A stretch of 64,000 nucleotides of DNA from an uncultured Bacilli bacterium (GCA_934101175.1 CAKOQC010000001.1:276882-340881), one strand, 5' to 3'. Positions 49,990 through 61,420 are shown, counted from the first letter of the stretch. The notes: a model not told the origin generated them from the sequence alone. Program-made: numbers and translations.

Positions 49990-50915
49990 TACTTTTTCTC
50001 CAATCCAATTAAATATAATTCATATAATTGTTTATGTTTTTTAGTTATTACCTGTAAGATAATTCCTGTAATCCATAAAAGAATACTAACAAGTAATACA
50101 AAACATCCTACTATTAAAGATGGAAATCTAGGAACTAAACCAGTTTGATAATATTCTAAAAATACTGGTATCATAAATACTAAAGATATTAATATAAGTA
50201 ATACTGATAATATATTAAAGAAGAAAGCTGGTTTATACTCTTTAAATAAAACAGCAATAGTCTTTAATACTTTAAATCCATCACTATAAGTATTTAACTT
50301 AGAAGCAGAACCCTTAGGTCTATCCCTATAAGTAACTGGTATTTCTACTAATTTAAAATTCTTATCAACTGCATGAATAGTCATTTCTGTCTCTATTTCA
50401 AATCCTTTTGATAAAACAGGAAATCCTTTTACAAAATCATAACTAAATGCTCTATAACCAGTCATAATATCTTTAATATTATTTTTAAATAATTTATTTA
50501 TTAAAAAACGTACTATTTTATTACCAAAATTATGAAATGGTCTTTTATTTTCTGTAAAATATGTAGAAGAAAGTCTATCTCCTATTACCATATCTGCTTT
50601 TTCTTCTAATATAAGATTACACATTTCTCTAGCATTTTCTTTAGGATATGTATCATCTCCATCTATCATTAAATAACAATCAGCATCTATATCTTTAAAC
50701 ATTCTTCTAATAACATTACCTTTTCCTTGTTTATATTCATATCTTACTATTGCTCCTGCCTTCTTAGCAATCTTATCTGTTCCATCAGTAGAGTTATTAT
50801 CATATACATAAATATCTGCTTCAGGTAATACTTCTTTATAGTCTTCTACTACTTTCTTAATAGTAATTGCTTCATTATAACATGGTATTAATACAGCAAT
50901 TTTCTTCTTTTCCAT
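49989..50915 (-). CDS. GT2 polyprenyl-phosphate glycosyltransferase (GtrB/CsbB/DPM-synthase-like)
   Basis: IAVLIPCYNEA and DGDDTYP motifs, with two C-terminal TM helices. Confidence 0.8.
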   Translation of the reverse strand: MEKKKIAVLIPCYNEAITIKKVVEDYKEVLPEADIYVYDNNSTDGTDKIAKKAGAIVRYEYKQGKGNVIRRMFKDIDADCYLMIDGDDTYPKENAREMCNLILEEKADMVIGDRLSSTYFTENKRPFHNFGNKIVRFLINKLFKNNIKDIMTGYRAFSYDFVKGFPVLSKGFEIETEMTIHAVDKNFKLVEIPVTYRDRPKGSASKLNTYSDGFKVLKTIAVLFKEYKPAFFFNILSVLLILISLVFMIPVFLEYYQTGLVPRFPSLIVGCFVLLVSILLWITGIILQVITKKHKQLYELYLIGLEKK

Positions 50916-51028
50916 AATTATCTACACCTCTTAATTTAATTGTATCATTTTTCCTCCTTAAAATAAAGTTATTATGAGAAATATCTAATTTTATCAAGAA
51001 AAAACCACTCTTTGTATATAAAAAGTGA

Positions 51029-52054
51029 TTATTTTTTTACAATAAATCCTGTTGCTATTGGTCTTGTTTGTTCTTGTTGATACCAATCTATTGGTCTATT
51101 AACTATTTTATTATTAATAACTAATACTGATGAATTGCCTCCATCTAAGTTAGCAGCATTATAAGCTCCATATTTTAGCATTATATCGCTAACATCTTTC
51201 ATTGAAGCTCCCATAGAATCTACTCTTCTTCCATCTATTACTAAGAATAATACTATTCCATCTTGTCTTTGTCCTATAGCAGATCTAGGATGTATTCCGT
51301 ATCCTCCATTACCTAATATATTAGAAGATTTTCCATTTACTATTAGAAATGGTCCAAATTCTAAGGCATCTCTTACTCCCTTATTAATTGCTTCAGTAGC
51401 ACTAACATATCCTAAGAATAGTTTATTATCATTAGTAAATCCTATAACTCCTTGACTACCACTACTTCCTTGTAATATCTTTCCATCTTTAATAATTATT
51501 CCTACTGCATTTCCTCCATTACCATTACCATCAGGATCTATAAATCCTCCTCCATTAATAGCAACTACTGCATCATTTTCCATAGCCATATCTACTAAGT
51601 ATTCTCCTTTAGTACCTAAATACTTAGAAGTAACTACATGTATCCTAGAAGGATCATATATAACTGCCATATAAGCATCAAAATTATAACCTTCTACTTT
51701 AAAATATTTATAAATATCTCCTTTATTATGTTCTAATACTTGTTTATCATATTCATCTTTATATACAATATCACTACTCTTAGTATCATTTATTTCTATC
51801 AAATCTGTTTTAGTATCTTCATCAGGAGGTATAACTCTATTTTCTGCTAATACTTTATTAATAGTATCTTCACTATAAAACCATTTAGCTAAGTATTGAT
51901 GATTTAATGTTGTCATTGCTGTTGTTATCCAAAAATCTCTAAATCCATGCCAAGGTCCATATAATAATGTAATTATCATCATACTAAAGCATATAAATAT
52001 TATTCCTAATATTTTTAATGTTTTATATCTATCTTTCTTCTTAATCCGCTTCAT
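51029..52054 (-). CDS. Phosphodiester glycosidase-family protein (NAGPA-like, DUF2233)
   Basis: N-terminal TM anchor, with GGGFIDPDGNGNGG and HPRSAIGQRQDG...DGGNSS segments. Confidence 0.6.
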   Translation of the reverse strand: MKRIKKKDRYKTLKILGIIFICFSMMIITLLYGPWHGFRDFWITTAMTTLNHQYLAKWFYSEDTINKVLAENRVIPPDEDTKTDLIEINDTKSSDIVYKDEYDKQVLEHNKGDIYKYFKVEGYNFDAYMAVIYDPSRIHVVTSKYLGTKGEYLVDMAMENDAVVAINGGGFIDPDGNGNGGNAVGIIIKDGKILQGSSGSQGVIGFTNDNKLFLGYVSATEAINKGVRDALEFGPFLIVNGKSSNILGNGGYGIHPRSAIGQRQDGIVLFLVIDGRRVDSMGASMKDVSDIMLKYGAYNAANLDGGNSSVLVINNKIVNRPIDWYQQEQTRPIATGFIVKK

Positions 52055-52595
52055 TTAAATCTATTCCTTCATATTTTCCATCTTTATTATAATCTATATA
52101 TTCTTTATATTCTATATTATATATATCTATATTTTTATTCATATAATCATTATAACCAGTAATTTTCTTATTATAATCTTTTATATCATATATATATAAG
52201 TTAATTAATTTTTCATATAATGTTTTATAACTATTACATATTTTATTTATATTTATATCATCATAAATAATATTACATCTTCTATCTATATTATCTATAT
52301 TTTTAGTAATATTATTCATAGTATCTGTATATTTATTTAATATTTCTATATAATCATTATGTTTATCTGTATAAGTTTCATAAAAGAAATCACTTGCTAA
52401 TTCTATATATTCTTCTCTTATTTTATTATAGTTATCTACTTCTTTAGATAATTCATTATAATTATTCTTTATTGTTATTTTATTTTCTTCTTTTAATGTA
52501 TTATCTTTTCTTATTTTAATATTTATTACTATTGCTCCTGATATTATTATTAATGATATAATTATTCCTATTATTATTCTCTTTTTTTTATTCAT
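52041..52595 (-). CDS. Membrane-anchored Tyr/Asn-rich hypothetical protein
   Basis: 184 aa with an N-terminal TM helix. Confidence 0.3.
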   Translation of the reverse strand: MNKKKRIIIGIIISLIIISGAIVINIKIRKDNTLKEENKITIKNNYNELSKEVDNYNKIREEYIELASDFFYETYTDKHNDYIEILNKYTDTMNNITKNIDNIDRRCNIIYDDININKICNSYKTLYEKLINLYIYDIKDYNKKITGYNDYMNKNIDIYNIEYKEYIDYNKDGKYEGIDLNEAD

Positions 52596-52896
52596 ACTAC
52601 ACTTCCTTTATTCTAGGAATAATTATATCATAGTTACTTCTTCTTGTAAATTGTAATTATGTTAGTTTTTTAAAGAAAAAGAATACTCTTCTTTTAAGGA
52701 ATTGTATTCTTACATCATATCTTCTAAATCTTCTATCATTTTAGTTTTAGCTCTATTCATACTACGTATCATTTTTCTAAAGTTACCACTTTTAATTTCT
52801 TGATATAATAGTGTTCCTCCTATACCAAGTCCTATTAAACATAAACTATTTTTCATTTTCATATTTTCATCCTCCAAAATTATTATTATCTATTTA

Positions 52897-55083
52897 TTAA
52901 TTATTATACTTATTTTGGAGTAATTCTTTTAAAGTAGTTTTTCTATTTTCTACATAATCATTTTTTATTCCATTAATAAAAGCACTAGGTTCTCCTACTA
53001 GGATTAGTTTTTCTTTAGCTCTAGTTATTGCTGTATATATTAGTTTATTATATAGCATTCTATTAAATGATTTAGCAAAAGGCATTATTACCATTTTAAA
53101 TTCTCCACCTTGTGATTTATGTACACTAATAGCATATCCATGGGTAATATTAATAAAGTCTTTTGGTGTATAAGTAACTCTATTTCCATCAAAATTAATA
53201 ATTATCTCATTCTTCTTAGATTTAGCTCTATTCGCAGACACAATACTCTCTATATAACCCAAATCTCCATTAGATACTGCATTATCTCCATCATTAACTA
53301 ACTGTAATACCTTATCTCCTTCTCTCCATACTATTTCTCCTGATACTATTTCATTCTTTAAAGGACTCTCTGGATTCATAATTTTTTGTAATACTTTATT
53401 TAAACTATCTATTCCATTTTGTGTTTTATACATTGGAGCTAATACTTGAATATCTTTTACATCATATCCTTTATCTATTGCCTTTTTAACTATATCACTA
53501 ATCATTGGTAATATACTATCACTAGAACACTCTATAAAGTTATAATCATCATACTTAGCTAAAAAATTCTCATTAAGATCTTTATTCTTTACTTCATAAG
53601 CTAAAGAAGTAATATAACTATCTTCAGTCTGTCTATATAATTGTTTTAATTTTACTACATCTAAACAATCGGAATCTATTAAATCTTTTAATACCTGTCC
53701 TTGACTAACACTAGGTAACTGATAATAATCTCCTACTAAGATAATCTTTGCCTTATCGGTTATTCCTTTTAATAAACTAGCCATAAGTACTGTATCTATC
53801 ATACTAGCTTCATCTACTATTACATAAGATTCTTTATTAGGACAATATTCATTAACCTGAAATTCATTCTTCTCTTTATCCCATCCTAAGTATTTATGTA
53901 TTGTATAAGCTGGAAGTCCTGTTGTATCCATAAGTTTTCTAGCAGCTCTACCTGTTGGAGCTAATAAAGCTAACTTATCTTGTTTAAGTCCATTAATCTC
54001 TATTAGTAACTTAACTATACATTTAATTATTGTTGTCTTTCCTGTCCCAGGTCCTCCCGTTATAATAGTTAAATTATTATTAATAGCTTTCGAAATAGCA
54101 TTCTTCTGAGATTCATCATAAGTTATCCCATTAACTAACTCTAATTGTTGTATTTTTAAATCTAACTTAGGTAATTTTCTTCTTTCTATATTATTTAATT
54201 GATATATTCTTCTAGCTATATAATTTTCATCTTCATATAATTCCCAAAGATAATATTTATCTTGTACTATTACTATTTGATTTAATTTAGATAATTTAAG
54301 TAATATATAATTAAATAATTCATGTGATATATTATCTGTATTTTTAAGCATATAATTATACATCTCATCAAAGTATAAGTATGTATCTCCCTGATTAAAA
54401 GTAATCATATTCATCATATCTACTGTCAAAGCCATTAATCTTCTCTCATCATTAAGTTCATATCCATTATTTCTAGCTATCTTATCTATCTCATTAAATG
54501 AAATATCTATATCATCCATAATATCATAGATATTATTATTAATAATATCCAAGGTCTTATTATTATGTTTCTTCATTATAGTAATAGCATTCTTTGTACT
54601 AAATCCTAGTTTACTTAATTCAAGTACTATATGTGATGTCATTTGATATTCATTTAATACTTCTACTATTTTATTTATTTTCTCTTTACTAAGTCTAGGT
54701 ATTTCTAATAATCTATCTGGATCATTAACTATTATATTTATTGTATCCGTTCCTAATTTATTAACTATCTTTTCTGCTGTTTTTTCTCCTATTGGAAATA
54801 AGTCTGATGATAGAAAGTCCACTATTTCTTCTTCTTTTGATGGCATTACTAATTCATAACTACTAACTTGAAATTGATTTCCATATTTATTATGACTAAC
54901 AAATTCTCCTTGCATAAGGTATGTCATTTTATATTTAAGTTCATCAAATATTCCTGTAAATGTTATAACTTTATTAATATATTCTGTCTGATCACTATCT
55001 TTTACTCTAAATAATCCTACTAAGTATCCATTACTAGTATTACTAAATATATCTTGAACATAAATTCCCTTTATATATGCCAT
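52897..55083 (-). CDS. recD2: RecD2-type ATP-dependent DNA helicase
   Basis: 728 aa SF1 helicase with GGPGTGKTT and a C-terminal SH3-like region. Confidence 0.85.
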   Translation of the reverse strand: MAYIKGIYVQDIFSNTSNGYLVGLFRVKDSDQTEYINKVITFTGIFDELKYKMTYLMQGEFVSHNKYGNQFQVSSYELVMPSKEEEIVDFLSSDLFPIGEKTAEKIVNKLGTDTINIIVNDPDRLLEIPRLSKEKINKIVEVLNEYQMTSHIVLELSKLGFSTKNAITIMKKHNNKTLDIINNNIYDIMDDIDISFNEIDKIARNNGYELNDERRLMALTVDMMNMITFNQGDTYLYFDEMYNYMLKNTDNISHELFNYILLKLSKLNQIVIVQDKYYLWELYEDENYIARRIYQLNNIERRKLPKLDLKIQQLELVNGITYDESQKNAISKAINNNLTIITGGPGTGKTTIIKCIVKLLIEINGLKQDKLALLAPTGRAARKLMDTTGLPAYTIHKYLGWDKEKNEFQVNEYCPNKESYVIVDEASMIDTVLMASLLKGITDKAKIILVGDYYQLPSVSQGQVLKDLIDSDCLDVVKLKQLYRQTEDSYITSLAYEVKNKDLNENFLAKYDDYNFIECSSDSILPMISDIVKKAIDKGYDVKDIQVLAPMYKTQNGIDSLNKVLQKIMNPESPLKNEIVSGEIVWREGDKVLQLVNDGDNAVSNGDLGYIESIVSANRAKSKKNEIIINFDGNRVTYTPKDFINITHGYAISVHKSQGGEFKMVIMPFAKSFNRMLYNKLIYTAITRAKEKLILVGEPSAFINGIKNDYVENRKTTLKELLQNKYNN

Positions 55084-55146
55084 AAATACACCTCACTACA
55101 TATATCTATTTTATCATATTTTTTTCTATATCATATAAAGAAGTTC

Positions 55147-56082
55147 TTATTTCTTCTCAATAAGAACTTCTTTCTCGGTCTTCTTCCCTTTTTTAATAGG
55201 CTTTTCTTCTTCTATTATCTTTTCTTTATCTTCACTTATAGTTACTTCTTCTTTATTTACCTGATCTTCTTTTCTAGATACATTTATTGCCATTCCTAAG
55301 ACAAATATATATGATAAGAAGAATACCCATACCATCATTATTATTAATGATGATAAACTTCCATATAAGATATCATATCTAGCAAAGTTATTTAAATAGA
55401 AACTAAATACAAATGTTGCTAATGCCCATACTATTGTTGTAAATGCTGCTCCATATGTTGTTTCTTCACTCTTAATATTTTTAGAAGGTGCCATAGTATA
55501 TACTAATTTAATATTAAAGTATACTATTAACATTGTAAGTGGCCATTTAATAACATCAAATATTATTGTAAACTCATCTATAAAACCTTCAAATATTTTA
55601 GCTTTACTCATTAAAGATAAGATATTAGCACCAAATATTGGTACAACTATTAAGAATACAAATAAGATTATAATTATTATAAGTAAGATAATTGAACTAA
55701 TTCTTTTCTTAATCCAATCACTATTCTCTACTTTATATAGTGCATCTGAAGTATTAATTATTGCATACGTACCATTAGAAGCTAAGATAAAAGCCATGAT
55801 ATTGAATACTCCAACGCTTCTATCAAAGCCTTTACCTGAAATAACTTCAATAATAATATCACTTGCTTGTTTAGGCATGATATTATTAACTAAATTAGCT
55901 ACCATATCAATAGATATTCCAAAAGATGACGCTAATAATACTATTACTGTAAGTAAAGGTATTATTGCTAAGATAAGGTAAAAAGCAATATTAGCTGGTA
56001 ATATTGCTAATTCCGGTTTCTTTAAAATATTTAATAATTTCTTTAAATACCCCTTAATTTTTTCTTTCATCTTCATCCTCAT
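55147..56082 (-). CDS. YihY/BrkB-family membrane protein
   Basis: 311 aa with 6 TM helices. The family signature is in the N-terminal half. Confidence 0.65.
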   Translation of the reverse strand: MRMKMKEKIKGYLKKLLNILKKPELAILPANIAFYLILAIIPLLTVIVLLASSFGISIDMVANLVNNIMPKQASDIIIEVISGKGFDRSVGVFNIMAFILASNGTYAIINTSDALYKVENSDWIKKRISSIILLIIIIILFVFLIVVPIFGANILSLMSKAKIFEGFIDEFTIIFDVIKWPLTMLIVYFNIKLVYTMAPSKNIKSEETTYGAAFTTIVWALATFVFSFYLNNFARYDILYGSLSSLIIMMVWVFFLSYIFVLGMAINVSRKEDQVNKEEVTISEDKEKIIEEEKPIKKGKKTEKEVLIEKK

Positions 56083-58121
56083 TATAATTTCTCTTTAGCA
56101 GCTCTCATTGACAAGGTTGCTTCATTAATAGCATCATCTATTGTTTTTATATCATCAGTTATCATACTATAACCAAGACTAGCTCCAAATTCATGAGGTA
56201 ATTCTTTCATCTCTTTACTTATCTTTCTCATATATTCTTGAACTTTTTTCTCTTCATATCCTACCATATATATCAAAAATTCATTACCATCAGTTCTAAT
56301 TATATCAGTATTCTCTTCTTGATTAACTATTAGTATACTAGCAGCTTTCTTTATAACCTCGTCCCCTTCAGCATGTCCATAATTATCATTAATATATTTA
56401 ATATTATTAAGATCTATTATAACTATTGCCTGAGGATAAATAACATTATCCTCCCAGGTCTTAATATTATAATTCAAGTAATTTCTATTCTTTAAAGAAG
56501 TCATAACATCAATAAACTTTAATTTATCATCTTTCTTAATATCATTCTTCTTACCTTTATTAAGTACAAAATAAATACTTCCTAGAATTACTCCCATTAT
56601 AACTACTATAATTACTATATATTTAATCATTGTTCCTAAATCTACTTTAGAACTTAATATATAATCAGTATTATATTTATATTTTATATTCTTATAATTA
56701 ATACTTTCTATATAAAAACTATATAATTTATAGAATGTATTATTCTTATTAACATCTCTTATTGCAAAAGTATAATCTGTATTAAGAGTATCTTGATATA
56801 CTACTTTATAATCTTTAAATTTCTTTCCCTTATAGTATTCATAAGTATCTAAATTAAGTATTACTATACTATCATTACCTATACTTCTAAGTAAATCATC
56901 TGTATTACTATATCCTTTAGGACTAACTCCATTTTGTGATAAATAATCATATAGATAAGTATTACTAACTGTTAATACTTCATTCCCTTTTAAACTTCTA
57001 ATAGAATCTACTACTAAATCATTCTTACTAAGTATTACATAATCTTCTTTAAATGGACTAACAGTATTTACTGTATCTATATTTACTCCATTAGTATTAA
57101 AATTAGCAAATAATAAATCTACTTCTCCTCTTGAGAATGCCTGTTTAAGTTCTGTAATATTAGCATATTCTACTACTTTAAAATCAACATCTGCTATATC
57201 TTCAAATCCACTTAAATAATTTGATATTGTTCCAACAAACTCTTTATTAATAGTATTCTCATAAGGCATATTAGTAACATATCCATATACATAATTAGAA
57301 GCATTATAATTCATTCTCTCAGCTTCACTTATACCAGTAAACTTAAAGAAAGTATCCATAACTGACTTCTTATAATCTTCTTCATAATAATCTTTCTGAT
57401 ATATCATCATAAATTTATTCATAATACTCTTCAAGGTCTTATCCCCATTAATAGTAAGAACATATTTCTTATATAAATCATTAATATGATATACTACATG
57501 CATATCATTCTTTAATATATCATCTAAATATAGATTATAAGGTATTACCATATAAGATATACTCTCATTAGTCATTCCCTCTAATAATTCATCTATATCT
57601 TTACAAGTAGTAAATTTAATACCATTTCCATCATTCAAATAATATCTAATATTAGTAATATCCCCATCAAGTATTCCTACATTCTTATCTATAAGATCAT
57701 TAATTCCATTTAAAGAATCCTCTTTAGAAGATACTACTACATAATAATCTTTATACATTTCTATATCTTTATCAGATAATTCATCATTATAATTAAGTAT
57801 TCTAAATGTAACATCTTTATTATTTACACTTCCTGTAGATAAATAAGATACTTTATTAAATTCTATTCCATATGCATTAGTAAACTCTTCTAGATACGAA
57901 AATATTATTCCATTACCATCTTGTCCATATACTGGTATATCATTATATACTGAAACATCTATTACATTACTTTTATGATTATTAAGCCAATTTTTCTCTA
58001 ATATAGAAAAACTAGATGAATCTTTTGTATAATTAAGAATAAATATAATAAGTGATACTATTAATATTAGTCCTATTATTGATAAGATTATTATTTTATT
58101 TGTTTTATTATTCTTCTTCAT
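56082..58121 (-). CDS. Membrane sensor protein with a degenerate GGDEF domain
   Basis: 679 aa with an N-terminal TM helix, a large extracytoplasmic region, a second TM helix and a C-terminal GGDEF-like domain. The signature reads RTDGNEF instead of RxGG(D/E)EF. Confidence 0.6.
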   Translation of the reverse strand: MKKNNKTNKIIILSIIGLILIVSLIIFILNYTKDSSSFSILEKNWLNNHKSNVIDVSVYNDIPVYGQDGNGIIFSYLEEFTNAYGIEFNKVSYLSTGSVNNKDVTFRILNYNDELSDKDIEMYKDYYVVVSSKEDSLNGINDLIDKNVGILDGDITNIRYYLNDGNGIKFTTCKDIDELLEGMTNESISYMVIPYNLYLDDILKNDMHVVYHINDLYKKYVLTINGDKTLKSIMNKFMMIYQKDYYEEDYKKSVMDTFFKFTGISEAERMNYNASNYVYGYVTNMPYENTINKEFVGTISNYLSGFEDIADVDFKVVEYANITELKQAFSRGEVDLLFANFNTNGVNIDTVNTVSPFKEDYVILSKNDLVVDSIRSLKGNEVLTVSNTYLYDYLSQNGVSPKGYSNTDDLLRSIGNDSIVILNLDTYEYYKGKKFKDYKVVYQDTLNTDYTFAIRDVNKNNTFYKLYSFYIESINYKNIKYKYNTDYILSSKVDLGTMIKYIVIIVVIMGVILGSIYFVLNKGKKNDIKKDDKLKFIDVMTSLKNRNYLNYNIKTWEDNVIYPQAIVIIDLNNIKYINDNYGHAEGDEVIKKAASILIVNQEENTDIIRTDGNEFLIYMVGYEEKKVQEYMRKISKEMKELPHEFGASLGYSMITDDIKTIDDAINEATLSMRAAKEKL

Positions 58122-58130
58122 AATTAACTC

Positions 58131-58592
58131 CTAATTCTTAGTCCAACCAATATAATCATTATTTGGATGTTTTGTTCCTGCTATTACAAATGCTCTATCT
58201 TCTCCATCGTCTCCTACTATAGGCTTCTGTGTAAGAAAATATTCAAAATCATAACATTTAACTACATCTTCACTATAATAGCTATATGTATTATTAGCTA
58301 TTTCTTTAGCTTTATCTTTACTAACGTTTTCTTCATATGTTATTGTTATATATATAATTTTTCCTTGAGTTCTAACACTAACATCATTTACTTCATCTTT
58401 ACTTTTTAATTCTTCTATTAGTTTATCTGTATCAGACTTATCTATTTTAGCTATATTATTAAGTCTATCTCCATACTCTGAATTTCCTGATGAGAATAAC
58501 ATTCTTGCAAATATTGCTATCATCACTATAAGTAATACTAGTGCAAGTCCTCCAACTATTGCTAACCCCTTATGTCTTTTTATTAATTCCAT
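58131..58592 (-). CDS. Small membrane-anchored hypothetical protein
   Basis: 153 aa with an N-terminal TM helix. Confidence 0.3.
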   Translation of the reverse strand: MELIKRHKGLAIVGGLALVLLIVMIAIFARMLFSSGNSEYGDRLNNIAKIDKSDTDKLIEELKSKDEVNDVSVRTQGKIIYITITYEENVSKDKAKEIANNTYSYYSEDVVKCYDFEYFLTQKPIVGDDGEDRAFVIAGTKHPNNDYIGWTKN

Positions 58593-58712
58593 TTTATACC
58601 TCCATTATGTTTTAATTATACAATAATTTTTCTTATTTGTAAATTACTATTATAGTATATTATTTTAAATGTAAGAAAAACACAGATAAGTTTATCTTAC
58701 CTGTGTAAGTTT

Positions 58713-60359
58713 CTATATTTCTTGAATAACACTAATAATCATTGGTTTATTACCAGTTTCTTCATATAAATATTTAGATAATTCTTCACGAATAGAATTC
58801 TTAACTTTACTATAATCTAAATAATTATTATGTGTATTAGCTTTAATAATATTTAAACATATTTCTTTAGTATTATCTATAATATCTTGACTATCTTTTA
58901 CATAGATAAAACCTCTTGTTAATATTTCAGGCCCTGCTAATACTTGTTTACTCTTCTTATCAATAGTAGAACTAATAATAATAATTCCATTATTAGATAA
59001 CATCTCACGATCTTTTAATACTAATTCTCCTATATCATCTGAAGATTCTCCATCTATTGATATAGTTCCTGTATGAATAGTTTTATAATCATCTACTAAT
59101 TTTCCATTTTCAAATGTAGCTACACTACCATTTTCTTTAAGTATAATATTCTCTTTAGGTACTCCTAAATTATAAGCAAGTTCTCCATTAGCTACTTGTT
59201 CAGAATATTCTCCCTTTATTGGAAAATAATATTTAGGATTCATTAAACTTATCATTTGCATTAAATCTTCAGATGAAGCATGATAAGATAAATTCTTCTT
59301 TGGATTTAAAGTTATTGCATTAGCTCCACTCATAGCTATCTTATCAAGAAGATTATAGAATGTTTTCTCTCTTCCTTCATATATTGGTGTAGCTAAAAAT
59401 ATAGTATCTTTCTTATTAATCTTTATAAATTTATCATATCCATCTAATATTTTAATCATATTCATATAAGGTTTTTCTCTTTCATTAGAGTTAAGTATAA
59501 CTACATTATCATCATTTATATTAGATAAATCTCCTATTATTTTACTATCTATATGTAAGTAATTATTATCTATTGAATATCTTATAATATTTTGTAATCT
59601 TTTTCCCATTACTACTATTTTTCTATCAGTCTTTGATACTTCATTAAATAATTCTTGTATTCTATATAAATGAGAATTTAATACATTAAATATTACTCTT
59701 CCTTTAGCATTAGTAAGTGTCTCATTAATTAATCCTTGTATTCTATGATTAGGAGATGTATATCCTTTTTTATCTGCATATATTGATTCTGACATTAAGC
59801 ATAATACATTTTGTCTTCCTATATAAGCAAGTCTTCCTAAATCTGTTTTATATGGTCCTCTCATTGTAGAATCAAATACGAAGTCTGATGCATAAAATAT
59901 TACTCCATCCTTAGTATAAACTGCATATCCAAAATTATCTGGTATTGAATGTGATAAACTAATTGGTGTAATTCTGACATTTCCAAAATCTATTATTTTA
60001 TTTTCTTTTACTATATTAATATTACTAGTATCTTTCTTATACGTTGTAAGTTCTTCATATACTATATTACAAGTAAATTTAGATCCATATATTGCTACAT
60101 TATCAAGAGCATCTACTATATCTGTAATAGCTCCTACATTCTCATCATGACCGTGTGTTAAAAATATTCCTTTTATTCTTTCTTTATTCTCTTTTAAATA
60201 ATCTATATTAGGAATACTATAATCTATTCCTAAAGTATGCTCATCAGCATACTGTAATCCAGCTTCAAAAACAAATATATCGTCATCTACAGTGATAACA
60301 TACATATTCTTTCCATTTTCATTTAGTCCTCCAAGACCAAATATATTTATTTTACTCAT
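58713..60359 (-). CDS. rnj: Ribonuclease J
   Basis: 548 aa with metallo-beta-lactamase, beta-CASP and C-terminal domains. The N-terminal GGLNENGKNMYV and HGHDENVGA motifs are present. Confidence 0.85.
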   Translation of the reverse strand: MSKINIFGLGGLNENGKNMYVITVDDDIFVFEAGLQYADEHTLGIDYSIPNIDYLKENKERIKGIFLTHGHDENVGAITDIVDALDNVAIYGSKFTCNIVYEELTTYKKDTSNINIVKENKIIDFGNVRITPISLSHSIPDNFGYAVYTKDGVIFYASDFVFDSTMRGPYKTDLGRLAYIGRQNVLCLMSESIYADKKGYTSPNHRIQGLINETLTNAKGRVIFNVLNSHLYRIQELFNEVSKTDRKIVVMGKRLQNIIRYSIDNNYLHIDSKIIGDLSNINDDNVVILNSNEREKPYMNMIKILDGYDKFIKINKKDTIFLATPIYEGREKTFYNLLDKIAMSGANAITLNPKKNLSYHASSEDLMQMISLMNPKYYFPIKGEYSEQVANGELAYNLGVPKENIILKENGSVATFENGKLVDDYKTIHTGTISIDGESSDDIGELVLKDREMLSNNGIIIISSTIDKKSKQVLAGPEILTRGFIYVKDSQDIIDNTKEICLNIIKANTHNNYLDYSKVKNSIREELSKYLYEETGNKPMIISVIQEI

Positions 60360-60454
60360 TTTTCTCCTTTCTTTTCTTAATAAAGTATAAAGACTTATAA
60401 ATTATATCAAAAAAGAGTGTTCTTGTCAAACACTCTTCTTAAATAATAAATCTA

Positions 60455-61420
60455 TTATTCTTTATTCTTTTTATTATATTCATAAGCTACTTTATCTAGA
60501 TCTTTAATTAAATCATCAGTTAAACTCCAATCAGTTAATCTTGCTCCTGAGGCATATTTATGTCCTCCACCGCCATAATTAGCAGCTACCTCATTAATAA
60601 CAGGTCCTCTTGAACGTATATTAGCTTTAATAATTTTATTTTTCTTATCTTCAGAAAAGAATACCCATATTAATATTTCTTGTACAAACTTTAAATCATT
60701 AATCATATTTCCAGCTGCTGCTGAATCTACTGAGAATTCTTTCATCTTTTCTTCTGTAAGTTTAATATAAGCTAAGTTATTTTCTGTCAAAATTAAATTC
60801 TGATATATATATCCTTGAAATCTAACTTCTGATATTGGTCTTGTATATAATGGTTCATATAATTTTGTAAATTCTATATTAGTCATATCAAGTAATTTAC
60901 TAACTAAACTAAATGTTTCATTACTAGTATAATCATGTAAAAATCTATCAGTATCTCCTACTATACCTATATAGATATTTTCTGCTACTTTAGAAGATAT
61001 CTTTAATTTATTATCTATTGCAAATTTAAATACTAATTGACTAGCACTACTTGCATTATCTTCTATATATTCTATCTTAGCATAGCTTTCTACATATGGG
61101 TGATGATCTATCTTTATAACATAGTCAAAAGCAGACACATCATCTATTCCTTCAATTCTTTTTTTATCTGGAGTATCTAATACTATTAATAGTGCTTTTG
61201 ACAAGTCTACTCCATCTATTTTATCAAGGTTCCCCATAAAACGAAATCTTTGTGCTATTGTTCCTACTGCATAAATTTTTTTATCTTTAAAGTTATCTAA
61301 AATAAGTTCTTTTAATGCAAATTGACTTCCTAAGGCATCTGGATCTGCCCCTATATGTCTAGCAATAACAATAGTATCATATTTTTTTATTTGTTTTAAT
61401 ATATCCTTAAATAATTTCAT
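60455..61420 (-). CDS. nrnA: DHH/DHHA1 phosphoesterase (NrnA-like nanoRNase / pAp phosphatase)
   Basis: DHH motif (IKIDHHP) and DHHA1 GGGH motif. Confidence 0.75.
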   Translation of the reverse strand: MKLFKDILKQIKKYDTIVIARHIGADPDALGSQFALKELILDNFKDKKIYAVGTIAQRFRFMGNLDKIDGVDLSKALLIVLDTPDKKRIEGIDDVSAFDYVIKIDHHPYVESYAKIEYIEDNASSASQLVFKFAIDNKLKISSKVAENIYIGIVGDTDRFLHDYTSNETFSLVSKLLDMTNIEFTKLYEPLYTRPISEVRFQGYIYQNLILTENNLAYIKLTEEKMKEFSVDSAAAGNMINDLKFVQEILIWVFFSEDKKNKIIKANIRSRGPVINEVAANYGGGGHKYASGARLTDWSLTDDLIKDLDKVAYEYNKKNKE

